Position numbers and translations under genes: made by a program. Shown piece after piece: positions 54,477 to 64,000 of a stretch of 64,000 bases of DNA. The stretch comes from Spironucleus salmonicida (taxonomy: Eukaryota), in the NCBI RefSeq assembly GCF_000497125.1, contig NC_090598.1, forward strand, positions 1,736,001 to 1,800,000. The letters are read 5' to 3'. Below the pieces are notes generated by a model. That model made no database searches, was not told the origin of the DNA, and saw only the letters and a program-made list of their open reading frames with translations. Position 1 is the stretch's first letter. Every line of letters starts with the position of its first letter.

Positions 54477-56021
54477 ATGGAATTAATTGAGGAGTTAGAT
54501 TATATGATGAAAACTTAACCAACAGTTAGTTTTAAAGGTGAATTCAGTTAGTTTGGATCTCAAATAAATTCTATGAATGTTTCGGACAAACTAGATATAT
54601 CATTGATGATGAAACTCTAAAATAAAAAACCTAATTCATTGTTTGAATCCTAAATTTAATCATCATAAGTTAAGAAAACTTTAACTCCACAAAAAAAAAA
54701 TAGTAATTCATAATCTTAAACTTCTATTAGTATAAATTCCGTATAATAAAAACACACACAATCAACCAATATGAATATTGCAAAAATATTAGCACCTGTA
54801 AAATAAAATTTTACAAATGGAAGTTTTATATTATCATTAACCAAAAATTTGTAATATTATACCATATAAGAATTAGAAGCAGAAATAGGTTAATTTTATA
54901 TTGATTAATTAAAAAACTAAGATTTAAGTTTAGAAAATTTAAATAAGTCGCAAGGTTTTAATAATTAGTCATAAGTTTTATATATTTAGATATTTACAAG
55001 AGCATTAACTAAGTATTTAATTGAGATTCAAAAGGTTCCAAAGTTTAACTAGATTTCTATTTATTAATCTATTATTGGTTAGACACATGAAATTATTATT
55101 CCACAAAAAGAATTTATTTGTATTATAAAAGATGAGTACACATATGAAATGATGATCTAAATTAAGAAACCACAACCGTAGCATATAATAACTAGTAAAA
55201 AGTAAGTTAAGGAGTCTAAAATGTAATAAACAACAAATAGATTGTACAGGGAACATTTCATAAAATAGCAGAAAAATGATGAAAAAATTAAGTAGAAATA
55301 AAAGTAGGAAATTAATGAATGTACTTTTAACCCAGAAACCAATATTGTTGACGTTACTGTAAGATAAAATTATGATATGGGAGTTTCTAAGTTTTTGGAA
55401 AAGTAATAAAAAATAGTATAATAAGAAACATAGGAACTTATCGAAGTTTTAATTCAAGAGGTTAAAGAAGAAGCTAGTTTTTATAGTCTTAAACTTTCAC
55501 AAGATTTCATAGATGAAGTTTACGATGACCTGAAGCTAGCTGATGAGCAATCTTTATAGAAAAGGATTGTACAAAATGTTAAGAATTTATTTCACAAGAA
55601 ATATATGTAATTACAGTCAAAATAGATTAAAAAATCTATATCTACTGGTAAGATATAACAGATTGTAACAGATTTTACCAACACTGATTAAGTATTTTTA
55701 TAAAATTAACATAAAACTATTGCTTCTTATGATACAAAATTAGCAACAATTAGGGTATAAAAATAATAATAATTGGACTAGGAACATCAAATATTGGATT
55801 AAAAAAGGGAATAATTAAATAAGAAAGAAGAGCAGGCAGTAACCCGTAGTAAAATTACAAAATAATCAATGAAAGGTGGAGGCGCATTTAGCATAGATTT
55901 TTCAAAGAGCAAATTTAACTCTACCAAAGAAGGACTGTAAATGAGCGCAGAAGCTATTAGAAATGTTGCTAACGGTGGAGTTGTTACTTTATGGACTGCT
56001 GCCGGAAGTGTTAGAAAATGA
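54477..56021 (+). CDS. hypothetical coiled-coil protein with an ECTFxP motif (514 aa)
   Basis: MELIEELDYMMK...INECTFNPETN...WTAAGSVRK-TGA. Confidence 0.78.
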
Positions 56022-56057
56022 TTATATAATATTATACTTATTTCCCTATCTCTTTAA

Positions 56058-57083
56058 ATGCTGGGTTATTCTGTTAAACAGATTGTTATGAATTTCACGC
56101 CTGAAATAATGCTATAAAAGCTTACTATTCTAACAACTCTTGGCTCTGGATCTTACTCTACCGTATTTCATGCAATTTATCAGAAAAACGACGTAGTAGC
56201 AAAGAAATTCACCAATTCAGACGAGAAATCACTAGAAAAAATCAACAGAGAGGCTACGTTGCTTGTTGGTATGCTAAATTTTCCAATTTTTTTGTAGTTT
56301 TCGGCTATTATCAACTGCTAGGGCTCGCGTTTCATCTTGACGTAACACCACGGTTCCCCACTGGATTTGGGCCAAAAATTCACCAGAATTCAGCTCAAAA
56401 GCATCTTTTTTTAACTGTTTTATGCCATTTCTATCCTGAACGTGCTTAAACTGACACACAGAGACGTGAAGCCGGAGAATATTCTACTCTCCAGGCACGT
56501 ATGCCCTTGCCTGATCGATTTCGGCCTCATGCTGCCGGTCACGAAGAATCGCCAGAAAGCTGGTACGAAGCAGTACCAAAGCCCCGAGAATTTTGCAATT
56601 GGAATTTCACATCAAAACTCAGATGTATACTCACTGGGAATCATATTTTGCAACATTGCGCTCAAGAGCAAAATTGCGCTCTCGAGTAGCAAGTTAGATC
56701 AACTGAAGCGATTCAAGCAGATTCTAGGGGAGGAATTCTCATAATTTTATCGGCAAAATGTAATTTTGACAGACGAGGAAATTGCGATTTTAGGAGTGGA
56801 AAAACAAATAGCAGTTCAATAAAGGGTAGCAAAATGTAAAGATTTTACTCACTTAACGCCTGAAAGTATCAGTATGATTAGTCTGCTATTGGTTTGCGAT
56901 CCTGAGAAGCGTATTAGTGCCATAGAGGCTTTAAACTTAGAATATTTCGATGAAGTAAGGAGCGAATATAGTTAATTAAAATATATTAATGGAAATAGGG
57001 GCAAAGTAGAGTTAGATTAAAATAGGATAATTTAAGACTTTAAAGCTAATTTTGAAGGTTTTAAAGGTGATATAATTGTTTGA
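56058..57083 (+). CDS. divergent CMGC-like Ser/Thr protein kinase (341 aa)
   Basis: LGSGSYSTV, VAKK, HRDVKPEN, DFG, GTKQYQSPE, DVYSLG, DPEKRISAIEAL. Confidence 0.92.
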
Positions 57084-57089
57084 AGGAGT

Positions 57090-59699
57090 TCAAATTTAGT
57101 ATATCTTGTTTTACTCTTTTATTTCGGCTATCATCTGTTTCAAGAATGTGCATTTAAAATCTTGGTCTTATAAATAAACTAATGGATATTCCAAGATTTC
57201 ATGTTCTTCATTTTCAAATCTTATCATTTCCTGATTTATTATTAATTTCTGTTAATTTTTCCAATTCACTTAAAATCCTCCGTTATTAACTCTAAATAAA
57301 ACAATATCATCTGTAATAACTTACTTTTCTACTGCCAGTTATCCATTTCTCAAAAAATTTAAACATATAAAGTTTAAGTCAACTGAAGCTGCGATGTAGG
57401 AAATTATTGCATTTGCTCCATAGTCTGCTTATGCATTTTCAATTAATGCTGCAATAATATCTTACAAAATAATAGATAATATTTTTGGATTATTTAAGTG
57501 TAATATATATGCAAAATTATTATTTTACTAATAATGTATACCGTCGGAAGTTTTTCCTTTTTATATTTATCTTCTTCTTTGATTTATAAATTTTTATAGA
57601 TCGTCTGCTGACAGATTAGGATGAAATATTCTAAATTAGTCATCATATAATAAATCTAAAAACTCATACAAAAATGCATCCAATGTGGTAGTTGGTTCTA
57701 TCGGAAGTTTTACTGTTTATAGTTGGTGTTATTCTATTGAAGATCCAGTTCTTGTGCTATTAAAAGAAGGTGAATCAGATGATGTTTATAAATCTTCACA
57801 TTTAGATGGACTAAGTATCATCGTATCTCTTTTAACTAGTTATGAGCTTTCTATATCTAATTAATCTTACTTCAGTTAGTTTTTAAGTTCTTATTTAAAC
57901 CATTATAATAAAACTAGCTTATTTTTTTAAAAGAATTGCTCATAAAATTTATACTTTACTCTAAAAGTTTATTTTTTATTCCAATACTTTTCAGGCATTT
58001 ATTTTAGAAACAATGCTTGGGGATAGTCAATAACATCTATCAATAATTCATTGGGGGACAAAATAATAATGCTATCATCATAAAACTTCCCACAACATGT
58101 ACCATCATTTAATATATAAAAGTAACCATATTTCTGAGAATGGGTTGCAGCCACAACTTTTCCACCTGCATGAACTATATTAGGTAGTCCAGATAACTCT
58201 TCTTCATAACATGCATTTCTAGTAATTCCATATCTCCATATTTAATAATTTTTAATACATTTTAGTGTCTTTTTACTTAAGTTACCAATAAATTCGTCAA
58301 ACATTAACTTATTAAAAAAATTATCTATGTGTATTATAGGAGGCCATTTTACTGGATTAGGTAAATCGTGTAAAAGACCATTATATAATACTTGCGCATA
58401 ATTTTTTACTAACCATGAATTGATGGATATTTAAATATCGAAAGGAATTTTCGTAGTAATCGGTCGTGGAGGTCGCATTTATATTTTCAATAATCCAAGA
58501 CCTTTTAATGCATCAGATATATCTATTGTCGGCAAATTAATTGGTTTTTATATTAATCCCTGTTATTACATTATTATCCGTTCTTCAATCGTCTCTTTAA
58601 AATTATATACTTCCATATTTTCTTCTGAATATTTGGATAATGAGAATTGTTTATGGATTGACTGTGATGGTAGAAATGTTAATTTCACCATTGCTCCATG
58701 TGATATCCAATCAGATTCAAACGCTTCGGTTATAGACATTCTGTCGTTTCGATTAGGAGAAAGTAAATTCTCCATGAAACTAATGCAAGTTTGTGATAGT
58801 AATGGATTTTTAGATGTATTAATGATAAAATCTCCTCGTATTTGTTTTTAGTATAATAAGGATATAGTTTATGCGGTAAAGGGAAACTTTCTGTACATAA
58901 GATAATACATTACTATTCCCAACCCCCACATATCTACTTCGTATTCGTAGCCACTTTCTAATGGATCATATTTTTTATAGTTTTGCCGTATATTGATCTA
59001 ACGGTCAACTATTTACTTTATTAACTCTTTACATTCTGCGTCTATTTCCTCGTTAGTAGGTTTGTTTTAAAGGAGTCGCTTAACAACATGAGAAATTAAC
59101 ATTTCAGGAGCAATAATAATAGGAGATCCACAAAAATTGAATTATTTTTCATCGTCCCCGTTAAATTTATGTGACAAACCAAAATCTATTATTTTAATCC
59201 TTAATTAGTCGTAAAGTTCTTTATCATCAGGCAAGATATGATCAATTAATATATTCTATGGCTTTAAGTCTCTATGTATAATTTTTTATTGTTTTAAGTA
59301 CAAAAGTGCATTCATTAACTCATAAATTATGAATTAAATTTCTTCTTCTGCTAGATGCTCACGATTCTGAACTAGATCAATTAAAGTTCCATTAGAGCAA
59401 TAACTTGATAAAATATAATAATTATCTATATCTTTAATAACTTTATAAGCGGCCATAATATTTCTATTATTTAGTGATTATATTATCTATATTTCTTAAC
59501 TAAACATTTCATAGTATTTTTTAATTTATAAATTTTCTTTAGATATAACTTTGCAAGCAAAAAGATTCTCTTCATCATTTTATACTAGATTTATTTCTGA
59601 AAATTCTGTGGTTTATATTGATTTAATAACTTTATAATAGGAATTATCCTTAGTGTCAATTAGATAATTAAGTTACTTTTACAAAGTTTATATTTTCAT
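57090..59699 (-). CDS. divergent polo-like kinase: kinase domain plus polo-box-like domain (869 aa)
   Basis: FACKVI, HRDLKP, IIDFGLS, FCGSPYYIAPE, DMWGLG; C-terminal HSQKYGYFYILNDGTCCGKFYDDSIIIL resembles polo box 1. Confidence 0.8.
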
Positions 59700-59811
59700 T
59701 TTCAATTCAAATATTTAAATAATATATTAATTTTTATAGATATTATTATTTTTCATGTAATTAAAATAATTATATATGAATTCCTTGTTTTAACAATTCC
59801 AATTCATAATC

Positions 59812-59820
59812 TCCACTCCA
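59812..59820 (+). promoter_or_regulatory. C-rich start-proximal motif TCCACTCCA
   Basis: 10 nt upstream of ATG 59831. Confidence 0.55.
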
Positions 59821-59830
59821 TACCACCTGA

Positions 59831-60289
59831 ATGTCTTCGAACTAGTTCGCAGCTCTTTCTGAAGATTTCGGTAAGGTTTAACCTGAATAAGGCAAACCTC
59901 GTGACTCAAAACGTCATGAACCTCACAAACCCGCTTAAGGTCGTCAATTTGATCGTAACTCTGTTAAGGGTGAATCTAGAGGACCTCGTAAAGAAGGTAA
60001 TGGACCTCGTGGTGCAGGTAATCCTAAAGATTCTCGCGTTCGTGAAGAAACAGAAGAATAAAAATAACGTCGTGAGGCTCGTGAAACCGAATCGCGCGAA
60101 GCTATGGAAAACCATTCAAAATTCATTGAAACCATCAAAGAGCTTGAAGTTGAAGTTATTGTTGCTGATGCCAAGGCTGAAGTTATCAAGAACCATGAAA
60201 TGCCCGCTGACATAGTTAGTTTAGGTAAGAAGGCTGTTGATTCCAAATAAAAGAAGCAGAAATCTAAGTAAATCGTTATGTTTGAATGA
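59831..60289 (+). CDS. Stm1/SERBP1 (HABP4 family) ribosome-binding protein (152 aa)
   Basis: MSSNQFAALSED start and RQFDRNS...RKEGNGPRGAG core; codon usage like RPS5 (CGT, GGT, GCT). Confidence 0.75.
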
Positions 60290-60423
60290 TCATTAATTTT
60301 TATTCTTAAAATCACTAAGCTACTTGCATACATGATAATACATCAATCACATCAACAAAATTAAAATTATATTAATTATTAATCATTAACTACAATATTA
60401 TAATAAGTAATATATTATCAAAA

Positions 60424-61374
60424 ATGTATCCTAGAATGATGAACAATGTATTTTACCTAATTTTTTCTTTATTACTTGTTAAATTTAAGTTTACTTATAG
60501 TATAATTATCACTCTTATATTATAAACTACTGTATATGCGGTATTATTTGGATCAATCAGGGTAGCAATTATTTTATTATTACCTAGGAAACTGATGTCT
60601 TATTTGTTTGGTAAGTTAATGAATATTAAATTTCCATCTGTAATGTTAATGGTTCTCATTAAGTTTTGGATTAGGCAGTTCAAAGTTTGTACTAATGACA
60701 TTGTCGATCCACTTTAGTCATTCTAATCATTATCCGGATTCTTTAACAGGCGTATCAATATGGATAATAGATATATACCAGATAAATCATTGAAGGATGT
60801 CATATATTCTCCATCAGACTCTGTTTTAACATAAGTTGCTATCTTTAATGACTCGAAAGCTAAAATTAAAGGACTTGATTTTACATTAAAGTAAATACTC
60901 AAAAAATAAGTTTTAGGAAATTATGCATATTGTGTCTTCTATCTTTCACCTGGAGATTTTCATGATTTTGTTAGTTTTAATGACTTTATCTCTTAAGAGT
61001 ATACACACATTTAAGGAGATTTGATGCCAGTAAATAATATATTTACTCACAAAGTTACTCACTTATTGGCACTATAAGAAAGAGTAGTAGTAGAAGGAAG
61101 CTTTCATGGAAGAAAAGCATTCTATGTTCCGGTTGGTGCTTTAAACGTTGGAAATATAACAATGTCTAAAGTCAATATTTAAACAAATTAATTTACCTAG
61201 TCGCTTAAGTAACAATGCAGCAATTAGTATAAAACTGGGGAAACTATCGGTTAATTTAAACTTGGTAGCACAGTTGTTATTATATTCGAATTATTCGAAG
61301 GTGAAAACATTAAAATTATTAACAATGGGAAGGTTATGATTGGATAAAAATGTATTGAAATTGTTATGGAATGA
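60424..61374 (+). CDS. PSD: phosphatidylserine decarboxylase (316 aa)
   Basis: SLSGFFNRRI, YSPSDS, FYLSPGDFH, ERVV, VGALNVGNI, FKLGSTVV (LGST self-cleavage motif); hydrophobic N-terminal anchor. Confidence 0.93.
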
Positions 61375-61414
61375 TTAATATTATTATATATTAAATAATT
61401 TTACTTAAACTAAA

Positions 61415-61864
61415 ATGTCGCAAATAAAATAAAATTTGTAGCTTTATGAATCAATTTTCCGTAAAATTGATGCTGACAACTCTGGATTTATTGATGTACC
61501 TGAGCTATAAGTTGCTCTTGTTGAACTTGGTGTATAAATGGACCAAAAAACAATCTCGGGGATGATTGAACTAGTCGATGATAATGCCGATGGATAAATG
61601 TAACTTGAAGAATTTGTTCATTTTCTTTATATATGTGAAAATGCTAGGCCAGATGATGTACCAACTATTTTATTCTTGGCAGCAGATGAAGACTATAGTT
61701 AAACAATAGACTCAGATGAGTTGATGGCTATTATACTAAAATTAGGAATAGAAATCACTAAGGAAGAAATTAAAGAAATAATGGATTCTATAGCGGACAA
61801 TGATGACGGAACTATAAGTTATGAAATGTTTTGCGCATTAATGGAAGAGATTCTTAACGAGTGA
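61415..61864 (+). CDS. calmodulin-like four-EF-hand protein (149 aa)
   Basis: DADNSGFIDVPE, DDNADGQMQLEE, DEDYSQTIDSDE, ADNDDGTISYEM. Confidence 0.9.
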
Positions 61865-61875
61865 AATAAAAAGAC

Positions 61876-62958
61876 TCATCTCCTATTTTTATATTTTTTA
61901 TTGTTTTTATTTTTCTATTAATTTAAGCTTTAAGGTTATTAGTCAGAATATTAAGATTAACTAGGCATATTCTCTTTCTATGTAGCTTCGGTAGATTCTG
62001 AACCTTCTGTATATTACTATTCATGGTTTAGTTAAGTATCAATATTATTTATATTAATAACTTAATCTATGCCATTTAACTAATGATCAGTATCGCTTAT
62101 GCTTATAGGTTATAAAACAGATTCTGGGGCAATATCTTCCAATTATTTTACAAGTTACTCGTTATTGATGCACTATTATGTTACTGCATGTGTAACACAG
62201 TCATCGCCTACTACTAATTTGGTAGGAGAATTAAAGGTTTACTTAATATCCGCTACTACAGTAAATATTTTCTACATCTCATTAAATTTATCAGCTTATA
62301 ATTTACTATTTGTTTCCTTAGCAATGTTTAGTTCATTTTCTGAATCCTATAATGCTCTTTGTGCCTGCAACAATCTGGAATGTTAATAACATTCATATAA
62401 AATGCTTGAGAGAAGCGAGTAAATATTTTTATCTTCTAATGATATTGGGAAAGCATAATACTATATTTCCTTTTCTACTAGTATTTTAGTTAATATTTCA
62501 AAATTATGCGTAAAATTCGCATATTATTCTTACGTTAATAAATCAATTTTAGTTATATAAAGGACACATAACTGATGTTAAAATAGTTACTAAATTATAT
62601 TAGTATAGTATTAAATACTATCAGCTGATAAATTTAATGTAATAAATATTATATCTGTAAGCATGAAAGGTGAATCCTTGTGCATATCCATTATTGTCAA
62701 TTTTGCAGGCCTAGCTCTTATTGGAACTAGTAATGAATTAATAATACCTGTTTTTATAGAGGGGCTAGTGGTAATATAAGGGCATTATGCTAATTTAAGT
62801 GATAGCGCTGTTTTACCACTTTGGCTAACTCCATATACAGAAATATTAACATGGACTGTTGTTTATATCTATAATTATCTTTAACATAAATCTTAAAATG
62901 CAGCAACAGTTATTTTATCAGCAGCTGATGTTTTAAAGCTTTCAAAAATATTTGTCAT
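61876..62958 (-). CDS. divergent Ras-like P-loop GTPase with coiled-coil/low-complexity tail (RABL6-like?)
   Basis: ISVYGVSQSGKTAL, KLTIMD, YITKIDL, then a coiled coil. Confidence 0.7.
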
Positions 62959-63115
62959 ATTAAAAAGTTATCTATTTAAAATAATAATTATTATATTATA
63001 AATATAATACTTTATGCAAGCGAAAACATCGTATTAATATTCTTAGTTACTTATAGTTAATATAGCGTTAGTTAAGTGGTATATATAGTTATAATAGTTA
63101 ATATTTGAAATAAAG

Positions 63116-63568
63116 TCAGCCAAATTTCTTCATTATTTCTTAAACTTCTTAAAGCCCAAAACATCCCTCTATAGACCTGATTTTATCTAAAATGTCATGT
63201 TTTTTAGTAATAAGTTCCTTTCTTACTTATACTCTTCCTTACCGCAAATTTTATTCTCGTATTTGGCATCCTTGACAACAATAAGCACTCCGTTTATTCT
63301 CCACAATTCGACAGCATTCTCTATTACTGCATAGTAGCCCTTTAACTATATGATTTCTAGGAGTATTTTATGGAGATAAAGATGTGAAATATTCATAACT
63401 TTTATCAATCTGAACCTTTAATTGTTAGGAAACAGGAGATATTTGAAGAGGAATCTCAAATTTAGATCTGCCTGATGTTACGTTAATGAGCTAACTATCT
63501 AATTTAAAGTGAATTTGGGTTTGATTTTCCAGCGTTAGAACATATGTGTTTGCATCCAACTTAAGCAT
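63116..63568 (-). CDS. small Cys-cluster (putative zinc-finger) protein (150 aa)
   Basis: LCSNRECCRIVENKRSAYCCQGCQIREQNLRQGRV. Confidence 0.72.
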
Positions 63569-63673
63569 TTTGCGTAGATTGTAGAGAGTAATTTGATATT
63601 TATGAGTAGTTAAATTAATATAAAATCAGAATAATATATAAATTTAGTAATAATTAATTTTATTAATAGGTTA

Positions 63674-64000
63674 TCATTCATTTGATACTGTAGTAATAAC
63701 GACTTCGTTTTATATTTCTTCTTAAACATCAATTTTCACAGTTTTACATTTTTTACCCATCCACTTACCCATTTACTTAATATTGTCCTTTCTTAAGAAA
63801 GGAATTATCATCAAAACATTGTTGTATATAAGAACTCCTAATGTAACCAGCACAAAGCCGCCAAATCTCGTTAAAGTAGAGCTTGTATTCCATTTTTCCC
63901 ATCCTACTATAAACGATATAATCCAAACTAATATTGTTCTACACGCATCAAATGTTGCCCTAGTAGCTGCAGATACATGATTAGTTATTTCCATACCAGT
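63674..64000 (-). CDS. 3' end of an SLC35F6-like drug/metabolite-superfamily transporter (partial)
   Basis: ITNHVSAATRATFDACRTILVW...GWE...GFVLVTLGVLIYN; ends AATGA. Confidence 0.85.

Overview
AT-rich, very gene-dense eukaryotic DNA that uses the hexamitid/ciliate nuclear code (TAA/TAG = Gln, TGA the only stop). This is why the supplied standard-code ORF track is fragmented. I saw no introns, spacers are very short, stops often read A(G/A)TGA, and a C-rich motif precedes several starts. Together these suggest a Hexamitinae diplomonad (Spironucleus/Hexamita-like); this is an inference. Hand re-translation gives about 51 CDS, with the longest ORFs spot-checked rather than read codon by codon. 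Recognisable genes: SMC4, an R-SNARE, OSCA/TMEM63, a DEAD-box helicase, kinesin-8, prefoldin 5, CK2-beta, a CDKL5-like kinase, PP2A B55, SepSecS, a DHA2 MFS transporter, two SHIPPO-repeat paralogues, an ABCC transporter, RPS5, a polo-box kinase, Stm1/SERBP1-like, phosphatidylserine decarboxylase and an EF-hand protein. Most notable observations: (1) an operon-style ATGA stop/start overlap at 24058-24061; (2) two sharp GC islands that ignore gene boundaries; (3) selenocysteine machinery although UGA is the only stop and may also be part of the 3'-end signal; (4) candidate divergent p31comet, alpha2delta-like, TFIIIC-like and catalytically dead REX4-like proteins; (5) a candidate structured ncRNA upstream of RPS5. 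Family calls are by-eye motif recognition, not database searches.
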